The notes beneath the pieces were generated by a model, which worked only from the letters and a program-made list of their open reading frames with translations, did no database searches and had not been told where the DNA came from. This document shows, piece by piece, positions 51,550 through 64,000 of a stretch of DNA of 64,000 nt; position 1 is the stretch's first letter; each line of letters starts with the position of its first letter. The position numbers and the translations under genes are program-made. Origin of the DNA: Nageia nagi (lineage: Eukaryota; Plantae; Pinophyta); NCBI GenBank assembly GCA_050084985.1, contig JBITNC010000001.1, positions 169,632,001 to 169,696,000 on the forward strand, read 5' to 3'.

Positions 51550-54500
51550 GCTTGTACTACTACCACTACTCCTAACCTTAGAATACCTAGACCTCCTACC
51601 AGTACTTTGCCTAGATATAGACATAGTTACTAAGAACTCACTAGTACTAATGCCATGGGAGGCTAGTAGGGCATTATACATACCATACTTATCCCTAAGT
51701 GTATTTACCTCTTGGATCAATTATTTACTACAATCAATTTATTTTGATATACATGCCCATGACTCATTAGGGGTAGGCATGTCTAGTCTCTCCCTAAGTC
51801 TATTAATGGTTTGATCCATATTAATAATTTGAACATCATGCTTATATAATGTGTATAGTGTAGTAGTCAAAGAATCTTGTAATTATGCAATCATAGCCTC
51901 AATGGAACTCATTCTAGCAACCTCTACCTATAGTGGTATGAGCCTCACCAGTTTAACCTTGAAGGGTTGAAGTCTCACTAGTTTCTCCTTTAGGGTGGTA
52001 ACCCTAGTATTCATATCCTCTATGAAAATAAACACAGTGTTAGTAAGCAAAAAAATTTAGTCAAGTAAAAGCTATATACCATAAAAACTTGTAATATAAG
52101 TTTTACCTCTAGAAACCAAAGGAATGGTAGATGTTAATAGTTCGATTACCTGAGTAGGATCCATAGAAGCAATTTTTGTTGATGTTGGAGGAGGTGGTGG
52201 TGTGTCTATACGAATGCCAAAAAGAGGATTATCAACATTCTCATCATCCTTGCTAGTGGACTCATTGAAAGATACCTCTACCATATCCTCATCATTTGAA
52301 ACCTTAATAGTAATAGGTGTGGGCCTGATTCCCTCCCATTAAGTATCATACCCCTTAGTAGTACTAGGTGTAAATAAATTAGTTATGACTGTATCCACCT
52401 CCTTGGGATCCTCCCATAAGCAATTCTAACCTAGCATAATGTGAGCACCTTAGGGTGCATCCCTCTCATGCCTTTGGTGCATGTAAGAGTATGATTCTAT
52501 CATAATCCCCTACTTGATACTAAATTATCTCAATACTTAACCAAGATAGTAGGGCTCCACTAACTTTCGATGAGTCTATAAGAAATAATCCTATCTCACC
52601 CAAGCTAACATGTGCACATCCACATCCTAGATATAGTCTTGGTAGGTCACCCATATAAGGTTCTCAGGTCATTGTCTATTTATATCCCTATGTTTGGCCT
52701 TTATGTCACAGGGGATATGATAGTATCCCAACTAGGATATCCAATAGTACATAGCAGGGTATGTGGCATCATCCCTTTGTATCATCAAGTAAATAGATTT
52801 GAACATTGCAATGTGTTTATATGCCCACACTTTAAGTAATGATGCATGAGCCACTCTTACATTGGACTTGTCCACACACATAATGTGGTGCAAGTCTCTG
52901 TAAAGTTGGGTTAGGATGCAATGATCCCATGCAAATTTTATCCCCCTTGTGCAAATATAATGTACAATCCACACTATTCCAAGAGCAAAAAGTGAATCAT
53001 TGGTTTGTACATAAGAACATAATAATTATTGAAGTAACTAGTAACTAGAGTTTTCTAACCCCTAGATCAACCTGGCATGCAAAAAGAACTTAGGCATCCC
53101 TATGCTCCCAATCGTAACTCGGGTTGCCTAGTAAACAACTAGATAATTGATCTCTCTCAAGGGGATCATTAATGGTGGTATGGGTCACTAGTTTCCCACA
53201 AATGGGAACATGCTAGATCACATATACATCAAGCAAGGTCACCATTATTTCATCAAGAGGGAGATTGAATGTGTTTGCATCCAAATCCCATCTCTCAATG
53301 AGTGTAATACAAAGGATAAAATCTGGAGATGCCTCAAAATGAACCTTTATGTATTTGTAAATCATTTTAATCCCTTAACAATGTATTATTTAAAAAGGTA
53401 TTTAAAATGTATAAAAGAGGTGTAGGCCATATATTTGACCATTGTTAATTATATAAGGGGTTAAATCCTATAATAGAAGCAGCCCTATATAAAGGCATTA
53501 AAGACATACAAAGATAGAGGAGGATGAGATTGTCATCAAGAGGAGACTAGACAAGGGTAAATTACAGAAGACTTAAGGCTTCTATCAATTGAAGATTGGA
53601 TAGAGAATTAAAGGACTCGAAAATCATCTGTAAATCAAACACTTGCAAAGTATGCTTATCTGTAACAAGCAAATCTCTTATCTCAAATATTATCATATGT
53701 CCATTATATTGATAAATCATTCATTTATTTATCATTTCATCTTTTGTTGTATCTATTATTTGATCATTAACATGACATCGATGACATACTATTACTAGGG
53801 CATCAATGTCGTACTAATGCATATGATATTGCTTGTGTCTTTCCTTGATTGATTGAATATGTATGTTAATAAAATGAACCTATATGTTTAATCATTTATT
53901 GTCATATTCTCATTTTATGTCAACTAATTAATAGACCAAATAATGCATGTGTTAATTCCCTGAATTAATTACACTATCACATTATTTAGGGTTTACAAAA
54001 TCAATCTGTACGTGGCCTACAATGGCCAAATCATAGATCTCATCCCTCTCTAACATCTCATTTTCAGGTTAAAAGTGGATCCATTTCCTTGTTCTCTCCA
54101 AGGCCTACTACATGGGACCATCCATGATGAGGTGTTTGTGTTCGTACAAGAAAATAAAATATTGCAATGTTAGTTTCCTATGAAGTTGTAGTTGTAGTGT
54201 AATAAATAAATGTCAAATTTTAAAAAAATAAAGAACATATACTATATTTCTATGAACATAGCATTGCTAGGGGTAGTAAAGTTTGAAATAATAATTTATA
54301 GTTAAAATTAATGAGAACCCTTCCCCCATTCCTAGCATACGAAATGTAAAATCCTAAATACCTATGTTAAGTGAAAAAAAATGTGGAGACAAATGAAAGA
54401 AAAAAAATGATGGGGAATGAAAAAAATGCAAACTAACCCCCCTTTACTTATATGAAAATATTTTGAAAATGCAAAAATAAAAGACGCAATGACAAAGCTC

Positions 54501-54719
54501 AACCATAGGGCTCTCAAAAAGTTGAAAATTTATGAAAAGGATGAAGTAAGAAATTGGGCCTACCATATGCTTTATCGGTAGGGTTCTCAAGTACTCAGCA
54601 ACATGGCCTTTCCTCCTTATCAAGGACCTTTTAATGCTCCTCCAAACTACTTCATCCATATCAATATATGAAAAAGGGGATTTTGACAACTTAATCCATT
54701 ACAAAAGGACCCTACTCAA
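51550..54719 (-). pseudogene. Second antisense PMD gene, interrupted by a solo LTR
   Basis: TLIERWDLDANTFNLPLDEIMVTLLDVY; FAWDHCILTQLYRDLHH..LLKVWAYKHI; exon 1 MDEVVWRSIKRSLIRRKGHVAEYLRTLPIKHM is homologous to MVDVDWRMIERPLERKKSHLVDYLRTLLANHM. Confidence 0.85.
53356..53997 (+). mobile_element. Solo LTR (Tat/Ogre-like) inside the PMD gene
   Basis: TGTAAATC..GGGTTTACA ends and TATA CCCTATATAAAGG; the PMD coding sequence continues on both sides. TSD not recognisable. Confidence 0.7.
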
Positions 54720-56559
54720 TGGAAATTGAGCTAAAAAATTGCCAAGCAATAAGAGTTCTAGGTAAGTAGCAGGGGCACCAATCAACAAAGCTCAAGAAAA
54801 TAAAGGGGAGACAAGAAAATGGCATGTCATTTTATCTTTTTTCCCCCATTTTGTTAAAAATTTGTGCCAAACCTTAGCTTTTACTTTTGTTGTTAAAATT
54901 TCAAATTTGGTACATGAAAATTAGGTTCTCAATATTTTCATATACAATGAATTATGTTATTTCCACATAGTTTCTTTTTGAAAGCCCAATTCAATTATTT
55001 TCATGATGTTGATGCCTTACAAGATGTTGGTGCGGTACCTTTACTATTACTTTTAAATTAAAAGATGCATGTTAGTTATTTCCTTGAATATTCGTTATAA
55101 AAATACCATTATTTCACAAATATGGGTTTTATTGAAAATCACAAGACAATATGGTGAAGACAAGTTTTGATAATACTATTCACATCATGATGTTAGCATC
55201 ATGTTAAACTATGTTCAAGGTACCAATGTCATAAGTTTCAATGATTTTTATTGTAAAATTTCTAATGATTATCACCTCTAAGACCACTAATTCTTTGAAT
55301 ATTTGGTAATTGTAAACATGGCATTTAAATTTCTCATGACTAATTTTCAAACGCAATACATGTTCTACAACTAAAATCTGAAATTATAGGCCATGGCAAC
55401 CCCATGAGCATAATATTTCAAAAATTTTAGGTCATCTAATTCTTGAATATATTGCAAGCTTAGGGTATATCTACACCTCATCAACTTGATGTTCATCTTA
55501 TAAAGTCGACTATGAGTTGCAACAACAATAATCTAACAAACCATATTATATTAATTTCATCCTTTCTCTTAATTTTATTATTATTTCAATGGATGTAATC
55601 TATGCGATTATTATTTATTTTATTTCCATATATTATCTTGAAGAGTAAAACCAAAAGGTACCATCAATCCTCCACACACACGATGTAATTTTGGCTTGAT
55701 CACGCTGTAGAAGCTAGAGAGAGGGGTAATCCAAGACTAAAAGGGGGCAAATGAGATATCATACTCAACATGGAAATCATGAAAGGGAAGTAAGTTTTAC
55801 TCTTGAAATGTTTTCACTTTCAATTATCTAGACTTATTTGGATTATGGAATTTAAATGCTTTACATTTCATATCTAAAGAGGGGCAAAATGTATACACTA
55901 AAAAATAAATTATTATTTAGTTAATAAATCATATTTTAAACTTCTCTAAAGTAATTAATAGCCATATTACAAATATCAAGTTAAAGTTGATATAGGTTTA
56001 ATGCAATATCATTTATCATGGTTCATATTTTAAAGTATCTTGAATATTACAAAGATTATATTATTGCTATAATTTAGCTTTTACTCCTTTCTATGCCCTT
56101 GCAAGTTATAAATAGAGGAGTTGAAGGTTGACATCCCTTTCAGATCTCTTTGATAGGTGGTTATCCCATACATCATACCTTTGGTGTTTATATATGCCAC
56201 TTATTCGAGGATATGTTATGCTCTAAGCTTTTATTACTTGCTATACTTTATGCATAATCTAATTCTATAGGTTTTAAGGCGTTGATGTCGTAGTGCTCAT
56301 ACGATGTGGATGCTCTGCTACTTTGCGATCTAGAGTTATGAACTAAAGAGATTATGAATACTTATCTAGATAATTCAATATCATTCACAAGCTTGCCTCT
56401 AATATGATCCAATCCTCTGTATACCCTTATCACACCTTAAGGATTATCTATCATATCAAGTGCATACTTTTCATTTATTAATAATTGTATTTAAATAAGT
56501 GTTATCTTTAGTAGACTTATTTGTGTTTATTATATTATTTACACAATTTAGGGTCTATG

Positions 56560-59500
56560 CTTAGGGTAAGTTTCAAATTTATCAATCCAAAAATAATATC
56601 AACCTTGACCCTTTAATAGAATGAAAAGAACAATATCAATCCTTGTTTTTAGGTATTTTCATCCTAGAAAAATTGTAGATGTCTTCTCTTAGCTTTAGGA
56701 AGTCAAAGTCAATTTTTGCTCTCTAATTTAAGAAAAAAATTTAGCCTTGAAAAGATTATTTTTTCTTTAATAAAAAGCTTCAAAAATCATCAATGAAAAA
56801 TAAAAAATCTACAATCACAATAAAGTAATAATATCCTATTTTTAAATTGTAATGTTAGAAAACCAAGAATGAAGCTAGTCTCAACTTAATATAAGGATGT
56901 ATCAGGTTAAGCTTGGAAGCTTCCAAGCTAAGGAATAAAATTTACATTATCCTTGTACGAGTAATACAATGCTAAAATCAGTTATATGTAAAGGATATTT
57001 CTAAAAAATAAAAGTTTAAAGCATCTTCTCTCATACTTAGGAGGTCAATCTCGCACAAAGCTTCTTAATTTTGACAATTTTTATTTGGAAAAAGAGAGAC
57101 TTTCTCCCTTTATCAAAATCAAAAAATTATTAGCAAGAAATGAAATATTATCATCACATGAAATAACAAATATCCTATTTCAACATTAGTATCTTACAAA
57201 TCTAAGGATGGAAGAAATTTTATCTTAGTTATAGGGTTCATCAAGGGAAGTTTGGAGGCTTTCAAACCTAGGAATAAGGTCAACCTTGACCTTGTAGGAA
57301 AAAAAAGGATAAATTAAACCTTATTTTAGAATAATTTCATATCCAAAAATATTAATACCTATCAATTCATAGCTTTATAATTTCATTTTGGTCATTTTCA
57401 AGCAAAAAACAAAAAGGAATTTCTAAGTCAAAAATAGGATTTTTTATCATAAAATTTTATAAAAATAAAGGAAAAATTATAAATCAATTTAAAAATTATA
57501 AATAACTCTTACACTAGATAAGTAAAGAGATTGAAATACCAAAAAAGAAGAAAAATCAAGAAAGTTATGTAAGTTTTAGATTAAAATTAGGACCTATTCG
57601 AAAGCGAAAATTGAGAGGCTCTCATAATTTACCCATCTTCTCTCATTTATCATTTTTTATTAATTTTATTTCCCTATTATATTTTATGAATATTATGCAA
57701 AAGAAATAATTGTAAATTTCAATTTGAAAGACCTTCCTCTTAGCTTCTAAATCTGGATACTTTTTGAATGTTAAAAACTACAAAAAGTTAAAACTTAGGT
57801 ATATCAAATTTTTCTTACAAAAGTTATTTAATTCTATTAAAAGATATCATTTTCAATTTATCATGATAAATTTTATCAATATAAATTCTTTTTTAAGTTA
57901 TTTCATTTTTTTTTTTATAAAATTTTCATCCTTTTTGGTCTTTAAATTATTAAAAGATCCATCAAGGCAATCCCATGATGAAAGCATATCACTAATCATG
58001 CCCTTAAGTGTTTTCATACTTACATAAGAGTTAATGAGCATTCCAAATGTAAATCATCACCACATACTCATTTGGGGCATGGCCACCCTTTGTTTTGATT
58101 TTTGGGGTAATAGATGATCCTCTATATATTCATACCATGGTGATATTGGTGAGACCATCCTAAATCCTTCAGGTAAATGTTATCTCCTCCTAGCTTATCA
58201 TTTTCATTTATTCTTAATATGATGATTCATGATTAGTCATTATTTTTTTATAATCATAGCTTATAGTATGCATTTATTCAGTTCATTAAGATCATTAAAC
58301 TCTTCATATTTTTCATAGTTCTTCATGATATGTTACGATTCTTTTTTCATATATATTACTTAATTCTTCATGTATTTCATGTCCTTTATATTTATTTTTA
58401 TGATGTTCAATAATAAGGGAGTGTTTAGTCACTATTAAGATTTTTTAATAATCCCCATGACAATTAGGATACCTTCAAACCCCTTCGAATGTCTAAACTC
58501 CTTATAAGACCCTTTTTCTTTATCATTTTTTTTTTCAATTTCATTTTTGCTTTAAATTCCTTGTTCACATAAGTTTCATAAGAATTCTAAACCAAAAGGG
58601 GATGAAAAAAAAGGTGAAAAATGCAAATGTCCAAGCTCATGATATTCACCAAGATCATCATCTTTTTAAGGAAGCATCTTAAAAAGGAGTAATATATTTT
58701 TCTTTCCTTATTTTGGAAATGTAGTCTTCATTCCCACCACTACATCTTTAAAGGGGGGAAAATTGTAGACAGTTAATTTAATTTTTTAATTTATTTTAAA
58801 TCATAATTTAGTAATTTAAAATTAATTGACTTATAAAAGAGAATTTTAATAAACCTTATTCTAATTTCAATATAAGGGCAACTAATGTTCTCTTCTTTTG
58901 TTTCTTTTGCAAGGTATAAAAGGAGATGGTAAGATCATTTCAAAGAATTAATTCTCTTTATAATCAAGTGTTCTCTTTGAAAAGACTCGAGATCTCCCTC
59001 TTTGGTATGCTTTTGAACATTTGAAGATCATCATTTTAAATCAAAGATATTGAGGAATTTATTGCTAATCTTGGAGGCAAATAAGAGACCATTTTGAGCC
59101 AAAATGATCAATTTATGTATTATGGAAGAGATCAAACTCAAGGGGTAGGGATCCTAAACTCACCAGATAACCCCAATAATTCATACAAGTTCAAAAAATT
59201 CCTAGGACATGGTGGACTTCGACTCTTTTTAGGCTACAAGGCTGACCTTGGACTTGTTATTATCAATTATTAACTTTTTAATAATTGCTTGGTTGCTTTT
59301 TTTAGCACTTAAGCTTTTTGTATCCTCTATTTCTTTGATACAAGTATTTTTCATGCATGTTTTAATCTCTTCTTTCATTTCAATGTTGATTTTGGTTTCT
59401 AAGAAATAGAGAGAAGTTTGATCATCATAGAGGTTGATCCTAACCTCTATGAAATCTTGGAGAAGTGTTAATCCCCCTAAAACTATTAAGTTATTAAGTA

Positions 59501-59650
59501 CATCTTGACAATAAAATTCAAAGGGTTAGAATTCATTAAACAAATGCATAAGTATCATCATCATTATTTCAATTTGATATATTCATGTTAGATGTAGGAT
59601 TGTGATGATTAAATTGATTAGATCTTGTATGACCTAATTTGTTGTGTATT
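56560..59650 (+). mobile_element. 3' non-coding region, PPT and LTR of another Tat/Ogre-like element
   Basis: PPT TAAAGGGGGGAAAAT is followed by TGTAGAC at 58764, with TATA GGTATAAAAGG near 58915. The right end is not resolved. Confidence 0.6.
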
Positions 59651-59666
59651 TTCACATTATACCTTT

Positions 59667-59777
59667 CTTATGTCCTAATCTTAGCACTCGTACATGCCTA
59701 TAGGTTGGAACATGGGACCTAGCCGGTATACCATCACCGAACCCAAGGTCCCATCGCTATGCCACTCCCACTTGGGC
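59667..59777 (-). mobile_element. Short tRNA-derived SINE with a 15-bp TSD
   Basis: Exact repeat TCACATTATACCTTT at 59652-59666 and 59778-59792. Minus strand has an A-box GTGGCATAGCGATGG and B-box-like ATGTTCCAACC; CpGs are retained. Confidence 0.8.
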
Positions 59778-60144
59778 TCACATTATACCTTTTAGATATA
59801 TATTATTTTAGTTATATTTGTACTTTTTGTATGTAAATAAATATTGCATTTATTATTGCAATACATTATTTTATTTATCTACGATATAAATTATTTGTTA
59901 AACATGATCATTCCATAAAATGTACTTCATATAATAAATGTTTGACATGCACCCCATATATACATATACAGGAATAAATGTTTAAGAGAACCAAATGCAA
60001 TTTGAAAAGTACAATAAACATGAAATATGATATACATTGTATATAACATAATATTCAACATTCATACTACATACAATCATAAAAAAAAAATAGAGTACCA
60101 AGTGTAACTTGAAAACCATAAAGAAACATAAAATACAATGTATA

Positions 60145-60217
60145 TATATGAATAAAAGATAAACCCAATATTCACTTAAAGGGATTAAGAATATTGGGTT
60201 TATCTTTTATTCATATA
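60145..60217. repeat. Perfect 29-bp inverted repeat with a 15-nt spacer
   Basis: TATATGAATAAAAGATAAACCCAATATTC pairs with GAATATTGGGTTTATCTTTTATTCATATA. Confidence 0.97.
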
Positions 60218-60239
60218 ATCAAACCACCATATCAATTAC

Positions 60240-61200
60240 AAGAGCACTTTAGTTAGTGGATCAGTTTAGAGGAAGGGTTGGAGAATGATTGGAAAGAGGA
60301 GAAAAAAAAAACTAAGAGAAATTCTAGATAGAAGGAAATGGCCAAGATGAAATGGACTTGATCAACTAGCTTGGGGACAAAGACAACAAGGTACTTATAG
60401 ACTTAAAGAAGGATATAAAAAAATATTAAGTACTTCATATAACCCAATAAACCTTCCTTGGTTAAAGATATGAAAATCCAAAGGATGGCAAAAAATAAAT
60501 TGTTTTATTTTGCAAGTAGCTCATAATAGTACAATTACTCAAGATAACATGAGGAGGAAAGGCATGTGTGGACCTAACATGTGTGTTATGTGCTACCAAG
60601 AGAATGAAATAATAACTCATCTTTTATTTGAATGCTCTTATGCTAGAATAATTTGGACTTGGTGGTATAGAACTTTCAGATAGGAAGGGGATTCCTTTCC
60701 TACTGTAAATTCCTTCTAAGACTACTAGAAAATCAACAAGTTCAAATCTATGTTCATGAAGCCAACTTGGAACTTGGGAGTGGGGTTTTATTTGTTGGAA
60801 TATTTGGTTAGAAAGAAATAATAGATTTTTCACAAAAGAATTTAGACCAGAGGAAAGAGCCTGGGAAATCATAGTAAGGAGAACCTAGGAATTCATAGTA
60901 AGGAATTTAAACTAAGACTTTATTTGCAAAAATCTAGGACTTTCAAATGGAAGAGGAGGAAACTGATATTTGGACCCAACTCCAGAAACATATGTAAAAT
61001 GGAAAATCAAAAAATGAAGTCAACAAAAGTTCAATGGAAACCAATGATGAAGGCTAAAGTCCCAAAAAATAGAGTTTGGTCTTTTTATGTAGATCAATTA
61101 GCAAAAAGTAGAGTTTTCAAAAGTTACATAAATAAAAAAGATAAGTTGATTTGTATTTTGAACTTGGCCAAAAAAGGCCAACCTACAAATGCAATTGTAT
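60240..61200 (+). mobile_element. L1-type LINE ORF2 3' fragment (zf-RVT)
   Basis: LQVAHNSTITQDNMRRKGMCGPNMCVMCYQENEIITHL..FECSYARIIW; CWNIWLERNNRFF. Confidence 0.85.
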
Positions 61201-61690
61201 AACTTTCCTTTTTGAATAAAAGTTTTACCTTTACTAAAAAAAAGATAAAACCAATATAATATCATAACCTATTTGTATTATCATTGACAGGCTATATTTT
61301 ATGAGAAGGCACAAACAATATTCTAATAGAAGTAGGGTGTGTATACTTGGTATTGATCATAACACACTACAATGTTCTCTTGTTTATCTTTAACAAAGTA
61401 CAAGTGTTTCTATATAGAGATGGATTATGAATCTTAAAAATCAAATTAAGATTTATCTTTTTAAGTATAATTATGATAAATAGTAAAATTGAATAGTAAC
61501 ATAAAATTCTAGTTCTTTTAAATTGTAATTTTTACATAAATACGTTTAATTGACTAAAAGATTATTCAAAAATTAATTAAGAATATTTTTTTCAAATTTA
61601 TTTATTATATTATTAATTTAATTAATATTATATAGAAAAGTATCATTTCTCTTGTTATCTATATTGAAATATAAAATTATACATAATTAT

Positions 61691-61826
61691 CCAATGTTTG
61701 TAGGGAAGTTGGAGAGAGGGGTAATTGAAATCTCTCAAGTGGATAATGAGAGACCCAAGTTCAAATCTCCTCATAGCGGGTGTCCATTGCTCCGCACAAA
61801 CTTATAACTAACTATTAAAAAAAAAA
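61691..61826 (+). mobile_element. tRNA-derived SINE with poly(A) tail; a related head fragment lies at ~61861-61946
   Basis: B-box GAGACCCAAGTTCAAATCTCC, A10 tail, and an approximate TSD AAAATTATA(C/A)ATAATT. Confidence 0.7.
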
Positions 61827-64000
61827 TTATAAATAATTTTTTTAAAAACAATATGTGAACATGTTAGAGGAGTTGTGGATAGAGGGTAGCTAAAACTCTC
61901 CATTAAAATGTGAGTAACGTAGACTCATATATCATCCACTCTAACAAATAAATGTAATTTCAAATGATGATATTTTATTATTAAGTCCTCACTCTCTATT
62001 CAAAAAAATATTAATACAATTTTTTTGTTGTATTATATCTATGCAAGTTCTTTGAAGTGGAGAATCTCATGTATAAAAATCCTGAAATTAAGATGTCAGC
62101 CATATATTTGAATGGCCACCATCTTCAATGTTTTCAGTTTTCCAACACTGAGGATTTGTAATGAGCTGATGAAATGTAAGTGGCCAATCTCGATCAACAA
62201 ACACTTCCAATCCCCACCTCTTATATACGAAATGTCGTCAGCATATAAAACCTGTGCAGGTTTCTCGCCAGAAAAAATGTTTTGTCAGCAAGGAGATCAA
62301 CTCTGTAGAAAGTGTTTGGAGGAAGAAACAAATGTGCAGCTACATGATTATGATTATTCTGAGAGATGGGAATTCCTCAAGTCGCTGCCTCACAAGTACT
62401 GAATCTTATCCTTTCCTCAACATAATTTTCTATGCTGTTATCAAAAATCGTTTGTCTCTTGTTAAAAATGTTGTTTTTCCCCTCATATATGAGTTGATTT
62501 GAAATGCTGTTGGATTTTTGTTAACTTAACTCCAAATTGTCCAGACCCATATTTCCAAATCATTCCCCTAGTCAAGGCTTGAATTTTCGTCACTATCACA
62601 TAAGGCTTTTTAGTTTCTGTACCTTGTCTAATTGGGTAGATGGGCCCTCCTTAATCCTTAGCTGTTTAGTGCCATGATGACCATTTCGAGAATTGATGTT
62701 TTTTGCGGTTGAGGATAATGTGGTCAAAGCCGGATTTCTGGTTGCAAGGCATGGATCAGCTATGACTTGAACCCGATATCTTACCTTGGTAGTGCTAGGC
62801 AGTCTACTACTGAGCCACTGGCCCATTGCAGATTGAGTCTTTTGAGTGTGGATTGAACCTCCAACATTTCTGGGTGATTTTTAGTTCAGTTTGACTAGAT
62901 GAAGATCATAATACACTGAGAATTATTTATATGAGAGTTCTAGGTCTCGTGGGCACTAATCCTGCGTTGGTTACTTTAGAAGATACATAGGCCTCACAGT
63001 TATTAGACGCTATATGGAGTAAAACTAATATAGAGTGTGAAATTAGAGTTCAATTGACAGAATTCATCACAGATCTAGGTTGCAGAGCATGGGTGCAACA
63101 GCAAAATCACAAGACATCATAGGGTTGATATTTTTTGCCACTACTCTCTGATGCTTCTAATTACAGCCTTGTGAGACATTTGAAACCCGTTTAGAATTTT
63201 TCTTCAGATACTACAGAATGTTTGATACATGCTATATAGCTTCTCCATGTCTTCCTGCAATTTGATGGGTCCTGGATAACTTTATTGTATCTATTTCACC
63301 AGAGTCAGTCAGGCCTATTCATGGTTGGAGTTTGTAGCCCGCTTTTGGAAATTGAATCTAGGTTGTTTCTGCAATAAGCATGCAACTTGCTATTGGACCA
63401 CTATCAGCACCCCAACTTGTCATAATACAAGGAACACACTTATAAAGAGGATTTTACCTTCTTTATCCACATAACACATCGCTGGGAAGAACTTGTTATA
63501 GGGCGAGAGTGGGAAGACATGCACACACATCAACTCACACACTTTAAGAGAAAAAAGTGAAAATGATAAAGATTAAGTAATGAAGAAAATTAATACTGGT
63601 GGTCCATGAATACTAATAGTGATTGCAATATCATTCCTACTGTGGCTCATTTTATTGTTTGTGTGTGTAGACTTATACGGGACATTGCCTTTGTCATTGC
63701 AAGCCCAGACCTTTTGTTGGATTCTGATGAGGTGAGATATTGATTTATCCCTTGATAATACTTCTTTTATATTTCCATTGCTCAATTATTGTTATTATGG
63801 AGACAATGCATGCTATTAAGTGTGCCATTTTTACATGTTTGTACTATTTTAAAATTTTAATGTCAAATTTTGTTCTAACAATTCTCAGCATAATTAGTTT
63901 TCTCTAATTTTTACCTTACTGTCTCATCGCCCCCAATACCAACTACAGGGGATTAGGGCAATTGGGTTTGACCTCTTTGCCTCATCATCAGACAACTATT

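Larger units (their letters stand above)
51000..56559 (+). mobile_element. Second, 5'-truncated element related to 41745-49523 (antisense PMD, 3' UTR, PPT, 3' LTR 55890-56559)
   Basis: 54440-56559 is collinear with 47350-49523; PPT AAAGAGGGGCAAAA is followed by TGTATACAC. Confidence 0.82.

Noticed and set aside
61700-61946. tRNA genes
   Set aside because: No complete cloverleaf; the poly(A) tail and TSD indicate SINE heads.
62112-62502. Annotating the overlapping short ORFs as CDS
   Set aside because: No recognisable homology or gene structure; kept only as a candidate under findings.
63498-63516. Second miR482-like site (GGCGAGAGTGGGAAGA)
   Set aside because: It needs a gap in the seed region to pair, and purine-rich matches arise by chance.

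Overview
This is AT-rich plant heterochromatin, strongly depleted in CG and CHG, with no intact protein-coding gene that I can support. The PPR and retroelement styles suggest a gymnosperm, probably Cupressaceae/Taxaceae-like (inference). From left to right: (1) the 5' half of a minus-strand Ty1/copia element abutting a LINE RT fragment; (2) a complete 6.25-kb non-autonomous LTR element (TSD TTTAT) with no gag/pol, carrying a decayed intronless coiled-coil frame that resembles the meiotic synaptonemal-complex protein ZYP1; (3) arrays of rearranged PLS-PPR fragments; (4) a chromovirus-like Ty3/gypsy element interrupted by an Athila-like non-autonomous element, which itself holds a copia LTR between ~173-bp direct repeats; (5) two related Tat/Ogre-like elements carrying a three-exon antisense plant-mobile-domain (PMD) gene; (6) tRNA-derived SINEs, a MITE, satellites and an L1 3' fragment; (7) a final ~2 kb that keeps CG/CHG and looks like unmethylated low-copy DNA. 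Protein similarities were judged by eye against remembered consensus sequences, not by database search. Boundaries without TG..CA or TSD support are approximate.
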